Source: Takakia lepidozioides (lineage: Eukaryota > Plantae > Bryophyta). Taken from it: 64,000 bases of DNA. The DNA lies in assembly GCA_030704615.1 (NCBI GenBank), contig CM060733.1, forward strand, positions 6,200,001-6,264,000. Direction: 5' to 3'. Every line of letters starts with the position of its first letter. The stretch's first letter is position 1. The notes under the pieces were generated by a model, which worked only from the letters and a program-made list of their open reading frames with translations, did not search any database and had not been told where the DNA came from. The position numbers were made by a program, and so were the translations under genes. Below, one piece after another: positions 37,150 through 50,074 of the stretch.

Positions 37150-38505
37150 GCGCAGGCCTCTCTTCCACAAGCCATCGAGGTATTGGCTTGCATATCTTGG
37201 AAACAGGACCGCCCACCGACATGTCAAACATGCTAAGTCCTGGCAGAAGACAGTAGAAGAGATTCTCAAGGACTTGGACCTGGAACCGCAAGTCTTCACC
37301 CTGCTGGATAAATCTGACTTAGAGGCTGTAGTGTCCAACCATGTCTGTTGCCATGAGATTGTCTGATGAAAATGAAGTTAGGCAAAAAACTTCCCTAAAC
37401 TTGTTTCCAGTCAGTGACATGGGGGAGGACATCTTGAATGACCTCAAGGGTCTAGCCACTCTCGGCACTAGACTGAAATTTAAACTCAGGGCAGGAAGCC
37501 TACCTTTGAACAGCAAACATAAGCAGAGAGGAAAGGGAGAGTGCAATTGCCGTTGTGTGGGCAATCTGAAGACAATACTCATTTTCTGATACACTGTCTG
37601 GGGTTCTCTCACCAAAGAGACGCTCTCTTCAAATCTATCAAGGGAATTGTGCATGTACCTCTGTTTACTAACTTTGAAAGTCTCGAGGCTGAGCCCAAAG
37701 CCCAACCCCTTCTGAGGCCTAGTTTTTGGGCATCTCACACACAGCAGATTGATGCTTGTGTGAAGGGATTTCTAGAGGATATCTGGAAAACCCGGATTAA
37801 TTCTATATGTAAAGGTAAGTCTTACTACCAACGTCAGCCCCTGACAGAGGTAGGATCTGTCCCTTTTGTTTCCCCAAGAGAGGGGGCAACAAAGAAAAAC
37901 AGAGAATGTGGGGGGGGGGGGGGGGGTGACTGAGTAGCAGCAGCTGCTCAGTCAGTCCCCCCCCCCCACCTTCTTTTATTTTCTTTGTTGCCCCCTGATG
38001 TCTCCCTCTCACTCCCTCTCTCTCTCCCTCTCTCTCCCTCTCTTCTGTGCTGCTCTCTTTTAAGCTCCCGACACCCTAAATTCAAGGTCAAATGGTGGGT
38101 TCAGCTGCAACATATGTCCAACACCAGATATTCTAAGTTAATCGACTCTATATCTTGGAAACATGACCGCCCTGTCAAACAGGGTGAGCCCTAGGAGAAG
38201 AGAGTAAAAGAGATTCTCAGGGATCTGAATCTCGACCCGCAAGTCTTGACCTTGCTGGATAAACCTGACTTAGAGAGTGTAGTGTCCAAAGCCATGTCTG
38301 TTACCATAAAATTGTCCGATGAAAATGAAGTTAGGAAGAAAACTTCCCTGAACCTGTTTCCAGTCTGTGACATGGGGGAGGACATCATGGATGCGCTCAA
38401 GGGTCTATCCCACTCTTGGCACCAGACCTAAATTTAAAGTCAGGGCAGGAAGACTACCTTTGAACAGTAAACATAAGCAGAGAGGAAAGGGAGAGTGCAA
38501 TTTCC
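37150..38505 (+). mobile_element. Two tandem LINE 3' fragments (37150-37872 and 38147-38505) separated by a G/C-run hairpin
   Basis: GTRLKFKLRAGSLPLNS...C..CGQSEDNTHFLIHC; homologous to 23971-24650. Confidence 0.7.
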
Positions 38506-40664
38506 CTGACGTACCTCTGCTGGTGCTGGTGCTTGAAGCGAGCTGCTGCGGTGCTGTCGCGGCTGCCAGCGGCGCGGGTTCCCACCGCTGCATAACGTCT
38601 CTCCCCCACTCACCACGGCTCTCTCTCTCTTCAGCTCGTTAGGTCGAGCCTCTGCGCGGCGTTCCTACCACACAAGGGAGAGAGACATCAGCCCGTGCAT
38701 AGGGCAAGAAAAAAAGACAAAAAATGAGGGAGGAGGCGGTGCTTACCTTGGGCGTTAGAGCGGTGTTGGGGCAAACTTCTTGGGGCCTTGCGACCATCTC
38801 GGGCTCAGCAGCAGGTTCGTTTCTCTTCCACCCTAAACCCCACTCTCTGAACTACCTCTCTCCCAAAGAACAAACGAAAAAGGGAGGGGAAAGAGATGCT
38901 TCAAGCACTTAAGGGAAAAAAAAGGACGTGGCGCCCACGTGCGACGCCTAGCCGTCGCACGCCTGCGCCCGCCCTTTTTTTGAAATGTAAAAGTGAAGTT
39001 TGCGACGGCTGGCCGTCGTTTCTTGCGACCCCCGGCCATAAATATAAAAAAACATGTCGTCCCCCGCGACGGCGGTCCGTCGCGGGGTGCGACCCCAGGT
39101 AAAAAACAAAAAAAAACTCGTCGTCCAATGCGACGCCAGGGTGTCGCAGGAGGTGACGGCCGGCCTTTCTGGATTTAGGGCTTAGGGCCTTTTAGGTTTC
39201 TTAGTTTTTATTTATTTTATTTATTTATTCATATGGTACTGGGTTAGGGTGTTTGTCTTTCTTTATGGTGCTGGGTTTTGGATTGGCGGTTTTGGTTGTG
39301 GGTCTTGGGGTTAAAAGGATAAACGGTGTAATTAGGATTCACATACCCAAAATATGGTTCAATCTGATAATCGCAAAGCGCTGGGTCTCAACAAATTTTT
39401 CCATAGTGTGAGCATCCTGAAGATAGAACGAGAGGAAGGATTTATTGTCTTGGGCTCTAGCACCATAGGGATGCTCCGCCTTTGGTTACCAATTTTGAAA
39501 GCCCCGAGGCTGAGGCATAGGGTTTTTTTGCCAACGGTTTTTGAGAAATGAAAGTGTTGGTGGTGTGTGTTAATTAGGATGGGATGGTGAGGAAACATCG
39601 ACCCGTCTCCCTCGAGGATGGGGAGGTAGTACCACATATCGATTGTGGCCTTAGAGCGACCATTTTTCGTGGCGAGGAGGCACCCATTGCACCTAATCCA
39701 ATACAGGCTTCCGGGCACAATCGTAGAAGGGACCAGGGCCAAATTTCAGGTGATGCGGAGGATGTTGACACTCCGGGATCGAGTCGGGCGCGCCGCGGGT
39801 GGCCCCTCGCGGGCCACCCCGTCCAACCACGTCCACCTTTGACCCCCCCAACATGATTGAGAGTTGGTGCACTAAGTATTGGGAACGGATACCGCCGGGC
39901 GGCACCAGACCACCGAGGCGGCGACCGCATGTTGTTGAAAAACATTACAAGAAAAACAAGATTGCGGATGCGGCAAAGGTGAGTGTTTTTCCCACCCCTC
40001 TCATTAACATTCATTCAAGGTACATTTAGGTTTATCTAATAATACAATATGATTGGTAAGCATACATGAATCAAAATTACGACATAAGTATTGATGCGTC
40101 GTTCACTACGCATATTGTAGCCACGACTTGATGCCCAAGCTCGCAATCACATTGTACATGAGGCATTTCGCGCCGGTCTACTTGCAGAATTTGTGCCAGA
40201 GCATGTGTCCGATGTGACCAGTTGGTTCCCCTAGTAGCACGTAGATGAGATGCGTAGGGTCGAGGGGTATCGTAGGTGTCGTAGGCGTTATGGCCGGCGA
40301 CGAGCAGCCCCCCCCCCCCCCCCCCTCCAGTTTCCTCAGGCGGTCCCCCTGATTGTGGCCTCCCCCCCCTGGTCTATTTCTTTGCCTGATCCACATCCAG
40401 TTGTACCTGATCCGGACGTTGTATCCTCGGCTGCACCTCCGACATTACATCCTGAACCACCTCCACTTTCATCTCCTCCGCCAGCAGTACCACCTCCACC
40501 TCCACCACCACCACCTCCACCTCCACGTGCATGTGCCCCCCGAACCCTAGGAGGGGTCGGCTTCGCCCTAGGTTTCCTCCCCTTTGGCTTGGGCGGCCTG
40601 AGCCGGATCCTCGCCCCCAATGGGAAGCGCATAGGACTATATTACTGAGGACCGTCCAACCTCG

Positions 40665-41297
40665 TTGTTGGGGGAATCATCTCGACCCTCCCACCCCCAT
40701 CCGAGAAAATGTGGAGTTCGAGTATGGGGGAGACAGTATGTTGTGAGAGCCGCTACAGACCCTGCTATGGGTCGGGGTTTATTCACGGTCAATGATATTG
40801 TGGTTCCTCCTCGGAGAAATAGCATGGTGGACTTGTTTCCCTACTACGGTCCATACTACACCTCCGCGGAGTTCCGTACATTACGCCTCGAAGCCCCATA
40901 CATCCTACCCTACATTTTGTGTGTCAACGGACAGGATGTACGTAGACGGGGGTTGTCTCCCATTGAGATCAGATTTTGTGATGGTGACCCCGACATCTTC
41001 GGCAATGTTGCTGGGCTGGTCAATAGTTCTTTTGGTCATCCTAGGAGAACCAATGTAGTATGGGACGAGCGAAGCGATGGGCATGAGAGCTTTTGTGGTC
41101 ATACGTTAGTATACTGTGAGGGGATGCACATGTTTGTGATGACATATGCTAGTAGGACTATTAGGGCTGGCAGCGAACTGTTTGTATCATACGAGTTCTC
41201 CCGGGATGATTGGGACCTCCGATTACAGCGTGAGTGGGATGTGTATGATAGAAATAGGGTTCCTTTGAGACAGGGATCGTGTAGAGGGGCATTGTAG
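40665..41297 (+). CDS. SET-domain protein, probably the C-terminal part of a spliced, partly disrupted gene starting ~39580
   Basis: MGRGLF (GxG motif), DLFPYYG, GNVAGLVNSS (RFINHS equivalent) and ASRTIRAGSELFVSY (GEELxxDY equivalent), in the correct order and spacing. Confidence 0.75.
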   Translation: MLGESSRPSHPHPRKCGVRVWGRQYVVRAATDPAMGRGLFTVNDIVVPPRRNSMVDLFPYYGPYYTSAEFRTLRLEAPYILPYILCVNGQDVRRRGLSPIEIRFCDGDPDIFGNVAGLVNSSFGHPRRTNVVWDERSDGHESFCGHTLVYCEGMHMFVMTYASRTIRAGSELFVSYEFSRDDWDLRLQREWDVYDRNRVPLRQGSCRGAL

Positions 41298-42299
41298 ATA
41301 TTCTCATGATGTACTTTGTATACATCCGATTAATCGATTGATGTAAATTTTTTTCTTGTTGCTTGTGTGGGTTGCAACTTTGCATATGTGATCTAAACAT
41401 ACTTATGCACATGTGGACCAAATATGAGCTTGAACCAAGTTGATTCAATGGGTCATTCTAGTGTTGAACGCAGCTACGTGTCATAGAGACGGAAAATTGT
41501 GTTTCGCCTGCAGATGATTTTTTTTTTATTCCATTTTCAAGCCATATGCTTAATGATAGCATATGCAATGTGCGTGCAAAATTTGGGAGTAAACAAAAGT
41601 CATTTGGACCCATAACCAGATTTTGTTCTCTCATTTGCACTCCAAAGTTGAGTTATCTTTAACTTCATGCACTCTTTATAGAGAGTTTTGCAAAAAAAAC
41701 CCTAGAAACACACTTATTTTTTTTCCATTTTTTTTTTGTCCCATTGCATGGATTTAGTGGTGCAAAGCCTGATGTTACAGAACAAAATAGAGCTAAAAAT
41801 AAAATCATTACGCCCCTCAAAACCGCAATCATATATTTCTAAATGCAAATATTTATTTTAAATTCATTTAAATTCGATTTAATTCAAAATTGGTGCAAGG
41901 GTGAGTGCGTCGTTGAGGAGGCATTTTTATTTATTTATTTTTTCCTGCTGGATCTTTGTACAGGTGTTGCACACATACTTAAGCACATGTAGGAAAAAAT
42001 GAAGCTTGAGCCACATCCGTTTGTTGGGTGCAATGGCATGAGAGGATTTTCTTTCACATTAATAAACAAAATTTGGTTGATAGGGTGAATGCGTCATTGG
42101 GGGGCCAAATGATTTTGTTTGGGTTTGAAACTTTGCATGCGTGTATGTTGCGCACATACATGTAATTATTGAATGACATATTTGATGCACACACACATTG
42201 AAGGTTGTTGTTTGCATTTCGCTTATAATGAAGTGTATGGTTGCAATGACACGTTATAATATGTCCCTATGTTCATTTGTTCGTATCAGGACTTTGTCC

Positions 42300-45200
42300 A
42301 TCATTTCCCGGTCTTTTCTCTTGGCACCCCATCCGAAAACAACCCAAGTACATCAGGCGGGAGCCGTGGGCGAGACGCCGCCCCCGGTACCGGACGATGA
42401 TGACGATGACAGTGATAGTGACAGTGACAACAACAATGAGCATGGAATTAATCAGGAGGATGTGCAAGCCATGGATGATCTCTTAATGCATCATGTGGGC
42501 GCTGATGCATCCCATGAAGAGGGAAGCCGGCCAATCGATGATCCTGAAATGGCCCCCTCAAATGACATGGAGAGGGAGGCGAGAATTCCCTTGTATGAAA
42601 GGGCGAAAGTGAGTCGACTTTCAACAATTTTACTTTTGCTCAATCTTCAAATTCGATTTGGCATAAGTAATGTTGGGATGTCTGCCATAATGCGAACTAT
42701 TGCAGACTATATCCTTGCTCCACACTTGAAACCCAAGATGCCACGGTCGCGGAAAGAGGCGCGTGAAGTCTTGGTCTGTGGGGATGGGCTATAAGATTTT
42801 TCATCCATGTCCATGTGATAAAACCCTATACTACGGAGAGGATTCGCATCTCACCAAGTGCCCAAAGTGCAAGAAAGACCGATATCGGGATGATGTCCAA
42901 GGGAAAAAAGTACCACGCATGGAGATTATTAGAGAGTAATACTTATGCAAGATCTGATTGTGGTTTTGGAAGGAGTGAGTGAGGAGTGGAAGGAGCGACG
43001 TTTGGTTTTGACCATTCACACCCAAATGAGGGAGAGGCTGCATAAAGAGAAAGACATAAGGGTGTTGTATTATGTGTGCTAATGGGATGATTACATGTGG
43101 GGGGCGTGGGGTATTTCATCCTAGAAAATGCATTACTTTCCGATCATCCCGCAATTGAGGGCACAATACCGAAGCCCCGAATTGGCCAGACTCATGAGAT
43201 GGCACGCCTCGCATCGGAGCCCCTCGGGAAAGGTGTGCGGGCCACAAGATTCACAAGCATGGAGGCATATTGAAGAGATGTGGCCTTTTCTCTTGGAGGA
43301 TCCACGACATATCCACCTCGGCTTCTCCTCGGATGGGGTCAACCCATTCTCTGTCCAGTCATGCAGTCATTCCACTTGGGCAGTGACCATGGTGAATTAC
43401 AACATCCCTCCGTATCTTTCAATTAAAATATGCCATATCATGTTGGCTGCCATTGTGCCAGGTGAGTGTACTCATTTTATGTTTATTATTGCCTTCGACT
43501 TTACATTAAACTTCTAATCTTTGACGCAATTCGGATGCAAGATTGATGAGTGACATAATCATGGAGTAAGACGTGTAATTCATTTTGTAGTATAATATGC
43601 ATATTGGTGGAGCATTGAAACAATGATGTGAATGTCTCAAAGGGAAAAAACAAGTGGCAAACATAGACACGTACTTGCGACCTCTTGTTGATGAACTTAA
43701 AGAGCTATGGAGGGGGGTCCCGGCATTGGATGCTTCACTTGACCCTATGGCCGGACAATCTTTTCAGATGAGAGGCATCTTGCTTTGGACAATACATGAT
43801 TATCCAGGTATATTATGTTCCCCATGAACAACCCGTGTACATTCACTTGTCAATGCCGGATGAGGATGAAGTAGCGGCGACAGTCTTGTGCACCGTAGTG
43901 GGGTAGATGGCATTATGGGCCATGCACATGACAACTTTTTGTTTTTGCTAATGTGGCGGGATGTGTAGTACATGACTAACTGTTTGCTCGGGGCTAAGCA
44001 CCAAAGGGTACCATGCATGCTTGCATTGTGGCGATGATCTTGATGCACATAGCTCCCGCCATCTTCACAAGATGGTGTATCCCAACTACCGCAAATTCTT
44101 CCTATGAGCCATCAATGGAGAAGAAGAGAGAAACACTTGTTTGATGGCAAAGAGGAAGTACGTCCCCCCCCTATGACACTGTCCGGGCAGTTTTGGGAGG
44201 ACCGATGGAAGGAGGCCCATGCGGGCATAGACGGTGAAGTGGATGTGCCCGGCATGAAACGACTTTCAATTTTCTACGAGTTGTCATATTGGGCGATACA
44301 TATTCCACAAAAACACCGTCAATATCCCTATGCATGCATGTGATATTGCACATTTGGTATGCGTTGCATTGTCACTTTCACGTAAAAAAATTTGTGTAAG
44401 TCTTTGTGGGTGGGGATATATGTAGGACCTGAAGATTCGCCATCTTCTAGATCCCATGCATATTGAGAAGAATATCTGCTCGTCCCTTTTTCGGGTTCTT
44501 TATGGCACGTCGGCAAAGAAGGGAGCGGTTGCAAAAGGAGATTCTCTCGGTGTTAGAATGGAGCTTGAGGAGCAGGGTCGCATGCGCCATCTATGGGCCG
44601 AATAAAATGGTGTGGACCCAAAGGGTGTTGTACAGTGGAAGTATAGGCGCGCACCTTGACAATGGACAAAGGAGGAATACAAGAAAATGATAACCACCAT
44701 AAGTGCTGTCCGAACACCAACTGGTTATGGGTCATCCCTCCGTACAAAGTTCAGCGAAGAAGACGGGGTCTATGGTTTGAAGTCTCATGACTACCACAAT
44801 CTATTGCAAGACATCTCGCCCATTGCAGTACGTGGGACATTGACTCCCGAGGTTCGTGAGACAATCTATAGATTGGGAGGCTTGTTCCGGTGGATTTGCT
44901 CCAAAGAGTTAGAAGAAGCATATTTTCCACGCATGAAGAAGGAGGCGGCGGAGGTAATGTGTATGTTGGAGATGCACCTTCCTCCCTCCTTCTTTGACAT
45001 CCAAGTGCACTTGGTAGTGCACTTAGTGGAAGAGGCTTCGATTGCCGGCCCCGTTCATTCTCGGTGGATGTACTTCCTTGAGCGTTATATGAAGACTTTG
45101 AAAGGATTTGTAAGACAAATGGCGCACCCGGAAGGTAGCATGGCGGAGGGGTATACATTGCAAGAAGCTATGTTCTATTGCACGGAGTACATGGCAAGGG

Positions 45201-46399
45201 TGGATGAGGAATCCCCTCGGATGTGGAAGGAAGATGAGGATGCACGAACCAAAGACATCGTTTTGCCCAAAAAATCGAAGAGGGTAAAATTGCCGACCTT
45301 GGTGATTGAGCAAGCGCATGACTTCATACTGAAGAACACCCCATCCATACATGAGTAAGAGGCAAGATACAATAACTTTGTTTAGCAACGAGAGGAGGAG
45401 ACGCTTGCATGGAGGCGGAACCATCCAAGGCCGGTTACTAGACACCCACGACGAGGAGCGGGCTGCCGGAATGTTCCTTCACAAAATTTGCCCATGGAAT
45501 TGCAGCCTCTAAGTTCATTTCAACAGTGGCTTCGGACTTCAGTTTATGACGCCGTTGCTCAAGGAGAGGTGGTTTCAGATTTGGTGCAAGACATTGCAAG
45601 GGGCCCCTCTCAATTCGCGACCTCATACACGGCGGTTTGGGTTCACGGTCGTCATTTCTGCATTCGTGCTCTTGACATGAAACGCAAAACAACCTTTGAT
45701 TCTGGCTTGTGTGCCACATATTGGCAAGACTCCGTGTGGGGCAAGGGAGATACACGACATGCTATGAGCAAACTTGAGTACATTGGAGAGCTTGAGAGCA
45801 TATTCCAACTTCAGTATACAAGGTACCGGCCTCTTCTTTTCAAGGGATGGTGGTTCCAGCCACATCTTGTGGGGCCCTCCGCAACACTAGTGCAAGATGA
45901 TTGTGGTTTCATGCGTGTCAATGCAGATAGGCTCAACCCTATTCATCGTCCCTCCGATGAGTTTTTTTCACGGCCTTCAGACATAGAGCAAGTTTTCTTC
46001 TCCGATGACAAAACAAGAGGGGGGAATTGGAAGGTGGTTGTGCATGCTCAGTCAAGAGGAAGACGTATCTATCATGGTCTCGGATCTCCATGGGGTGAGG
46101 CAATTGCGGTGGACGGAGAGACTGGTCATAATGATGCTGATGATGGAGGTTGGGTAGAGGGGATAGAAGAGGATGATGACACCCCGGACAATGTATCCTG
46201 GACCCTATATGATGAAGCTCTAGAAGATACGGATGTTGGAGAAGGAGACGAAGATACGGCCATTGACAACGAGGTGGAGGATGATTCGGAGTTGCCTTTT
46301 GAGAGCCGGGCCATTTATGACGATGACTCCGATGACTCAGAAGACTTGCAGCTTGATGAGGATGAAGAGGCTCCGGATGATGATGTTCAAGTTGATTAG
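42300..46399 (+). pseudogene. CACTA transposase (TnpD: Transposase_21 + DUF4218 + DUF4216-type regions)
   Basis: CPCD...CPKC, HYFPIIPQL, LGFSSDGVNPF, YNIPP, LWTIHDYPG, GLKSHDYH, FFDIQVHLVVHL...GPVHSRWMYFLER, and an acidic tail. Introns, frameshifts and stops present. Confidence 0.92.
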
Positions 46400-47057
46400 A
46401 CACAAAATCAAAGCTACATAATAATTCTCGCACCGAACTGGACACATCCCTTCGATTGATTGTACATGTACATGCATATTGTACTTTATTTCTATGATTC
46501 ATCAAATATGGCTGTGGCTGGTAGTCTTTCAAGAAAGAAGGCAGACGCAATGAATATGTTGGAGCAACACATACAGATGTGGTATCAAGAGAATTATCAA
46601 AATGAATGTCACAATCTACAAGAAGGTCCACAACAACAAGCTAACCATAAAGAAAAACAAACACCCTACCCCAGTACCATATGAAAAAAAAAAAAAAACT
46701 AAGAACCCCCAAAGGCCCTAACCCTAAACCTAGAAAGTCCTGCCGTCGCCGCCTGTGACCCCCACACGTCGCAAACTGCGACGCGTTTTCTTGGATTTAT
46801 GAGGCCGGGGGTTGCAAACGGCGATGGCTAACCGTCGCCAATTGCGACCCGTTTTTTGAATGGATTTATGAGGCCGGGGGTCGCAAACGGCGACGGCCAG
46901 CCGTCGCAAACTGTGACATGTTTTTTTGTTTTGAAAGAATATGGCAGCCGGGTAGTTTGCGACGCCCGGCCGTCGCAGAGGCCTTTTGCCCTTCATGCCA
47001 CCATGCGACGGCCGGGCGTCGCAAGAAAGGGCTGCAATGAAAGAAAATGCAAGAAAT

Positions 47058-47098
<41 letters not shown>

Positions 47099-47711
47099 CC
47101 GGCGTGCGACGACCGACCGTCGCCAGAAAAGGCTGCCTTCTGCCCTTCGCTGGGGGCGACGCTTGGGCGTCGCACGAAGGGCTGCCATTTTCCCTTCATC
47201 ACTCCGTGTGACGGCCAAGCGTCGCCGCCTGGCCCCGGCACCAGGTTTCACTCCCGCGGGGTTTGGCTGCGACGGCCCGGCGTCGCAAACACGCTCCGCG
47301 GGGTTGGCATCGCAAACCCCCCCCCCCCCCCCCCCCATTTAGTGTAGTGGTGGAGAAGCAGCTGGAGGAGCTTTTGGAACTTCCCCTTTTGCGTGAGGCT
47401 GGGATGGAGAGAATGCCACCTATAAGAGAGGAGGAAGGCATGCTAAGCAGTGGTGTTACTCTTGTGCATGAGGTCGTAACGAAGCAGACGGCCGTTCATA
47501 CCCGGGAGTGCCCATCCAACGCAGCGCTGTCTTTGGCGGGCGTTGAGGGACAAGGCACAAGTGGAAGCCAGCATGCGAGCAGGTGATTTGGAGACGGACA
47601 GTGCTGGACAGAGTCTCTTTCAGGTAGCATAACCAAGGCGATCCATAGTTTAGTTCGTTTTTGCATTGTTAGAGATGAACATAGGTGGAGCCTTCGAAGT
47701 ATGCCCTGCAT

Positions 47712-50043
47712 TTTAAGATGTCGTTGACAACAGCTTAATCTGCCATCGCATCCTCCCCATCTTACCCTCCTATTGGAGCAGCCAGTGGACACACAGGCGC
47801 GATTGAAGGACACGACACAAGTGCAAGGAACAATGCGAGCTGCGGAGAAGGGGTCTTCTAGCAGCCGTCCCAAGCCGGCAAAGGTTCGTTTAAGCTTGCC
47901 CATTCTCCACTGTGAGGGTTACTGTGAAGCAGAGAGGAGGACGTTGAATCCAAAGTCTGCACTGGTTTTTTGAAGCATAGAGGACCAGGCTGGTAGGTTT
48001 TTCAGAGACTTTGATAAAGACTGGAGGAGGCAGATTAAGGCATCGTTGACGATACCTTTGGTCTGCCATTCAGATATTGAGGGTTTTCTTTGAAGCAGAG
48101 AGGAACACGTTTAAAGCTCAAGATTATGCAATCTGCCTGTTTCATTCTGCTTCAGATACCCCCTCACTTTGCAGAATCTCGACCTGTAAGCCTGTTCGTC
48201 TCTGCTTCGAAGAAACCCTAGGAATGACAGACCATATTAAGGTATCGTCAACGATGCCTTAATCTGCTTGCTTCATACTGTGCTTCAAACTCTCTGCTTC
48301 TGCCTCTCGACCCTACTAACCTGGTCCTTTATGCTTCAAAAATACAGTGACTCTATGGAAAAGACTGGCCAGATTAAGGTGTTGTCAACGATGCCTTAAT
48401 TTGCATTCTTCATTCTGCTTCTAATCTGTGGTGGCAATGTGCAGCCTGAAGAGAAGGAGGCTATGAAGAAGGCTGGTGCTTCTTGGTACAAAACTATGGT
48501 CTCTGACAGTGAGTACACGGAGTTTGAGAACTTCACGAAGTGGTTAGGCGTGCCATAGTGAGAAATGAAAAATTCACCCATTTTCTGTTCGGACAATTAC
48601 TGGAGTGCAATTTTGTTGGTGACTTAAGAGCTCGACATCACTAAGCTTCCCCTATTGAAGATGCGTGCTTGGCTACAATTACTTTTTTACTAACACACAA
48701 TTTAACAATACAGGTTCTGTTGCACCTGCGGACTTGTTGCAAGTGGACAGGTAGATACCCTAGATCGAACTCCTCAATCCCAGCCTTGGCAAGCAGAAAT
48801 GCTGACCCTGCCAGGGCCAGTGGCAGAGATCCGCTATGGTGTAGGCAGGCCGGGGTAGAGATCACGCTACCCTTGCTAATGGACTTCCCTCTTCTGTTAG
48901 TTGCCAGGCATCGTTGACGACACCTTAATATGGTCTGTCACTCCCGGTGTGAGGGGTTTTTTGAAGCACTGACGAACAGGCAAGTAGAGGTCGAGAGTCT
49001 ACAAAGTGAGGGGGTATCTGAAGCAGCCCGAAACATGTTACTTGGTCCAGAGACTGCACTGTGAAAGGGGAGGTACATTAAGGCATTGTTGACGACAGCT
49101 TAATGTGGCCATGGATTTACAATGACGGTTACATTTAATCAAAGAGGAGCAACATTAGCGGTGGAAAGTCTGGAAAGTGAGAGGTTGTCTATAACAAAAA
49201 TAAGGCATGAATTAAGGCATCTTTGACGACATCTTAATCTGGACTGTCAATTCTGTTTTGAGGGATATTTTGAGTAGAGATGAACATGATTAGGGGTGGA
49301 TAGTTTGCCTAGTGACGGGATGTCCGAAACCAAAAATAGGAGGGGTATTAAGGCATCGTTGACGATACCGTAATCTGGAGTGTAAAATCTGGTTTTGCGT
49401 AGACATTGAAGCAGAGAGGATCAAGATCAAGGTGGAGAGTCTGCACATTTAGTGGCTGTTTTAAACAGAAATAAGGAGGCAGATTAAGGCATCGTTGACA
49501 ACACCTTAATCTGGCCTGTCAAATACACTTTTGAGGCATACTTTGAAGCAGATATGAACAAGATTAGTGGTGGATAGTGTGCACTCTGAGGGGATGTCTG
49601 AAGCATAAATTAAGAGGCGAATTAAGGGATCGTTGACGATACCTTAACATGGAGTGTAAAATCTGTTTTTAGGGATACTTTGAAGCAGAGAGGAACAGGA
49701 TCAGGGGTGGAGAGTATGCACATTCAGTGACTGTTTTAAACAGAAATAAGGAGGCAGATTAAGGCATCGTTGACGACACCTTAATCCGGCCTGTCAAATA
49801 CACATTGAGGCTTACTTTGAATCAAAGAGGAACAGTGTAATGGGTCCAGAGTCTGAACTACGAGGTTTGTCTGAAACAGAAAAATGAGTCGAATTAAGGC
49901 ATCGCTAACGACAACTTGATCTATGGTATTATTTCAAGTGTGGTGGTTACTTTGAAGCAGATGAAGACTACTTTTCAATAGGTAGGCGTATTTAGAAGCA
50001 GGGAGGAAGAGTCATATTAAGGCATCGGTGACGACACCTTAAT
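47712..50043. repeat. Array of 13 copies of a 28-bp palindrome in a diverged ~137-bp tandem unit
   Basis: Copies start at 47712, 48034, 48236, 48373, 48902, 49077, 49211, 49347, 49483, 49621, 49758, 49893 and 50016. Consensus ATTAAGG(C/T)(A/G)TCGTTGACGA(C/T)ACCTTAAT; 48236 and 48373 are in reverse orientation. Confidence 0.93.
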
Positions 50044-50074
50044 AGTGGTCTGAATCTGATGTGGGAAAACACGA

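Larger units (their letters stand above)
38900..47349 (+). mobile_element. CACTA (En/Spm) element carrying a SET-domain gene and TnpD; left terminus not found
   Basis: Right end ...TTTAGTGTAGTG (rc CACTACACTAAA) at 47349. GCGAC subterminal repeats at 46740-47315 and 38930-39160. Inverted repeat 39138-39269 / 46644-46763. Confidence 0.85.

Noticed and set aside
39170-39250. Interstitial telomeric repeats (TTTAGGG-like)
   Set aside because: Only one or two isolated units, within CACTA subterminal sequence.
48902-50043. CRISPR array (palindromic 28-bp repeats at regular spacing)
   Set aside because: The ~108-bp spacers are homologous to one another, the repeats occur in both orientations and in introns, there are no cas genes, and the context is eukaryotic.
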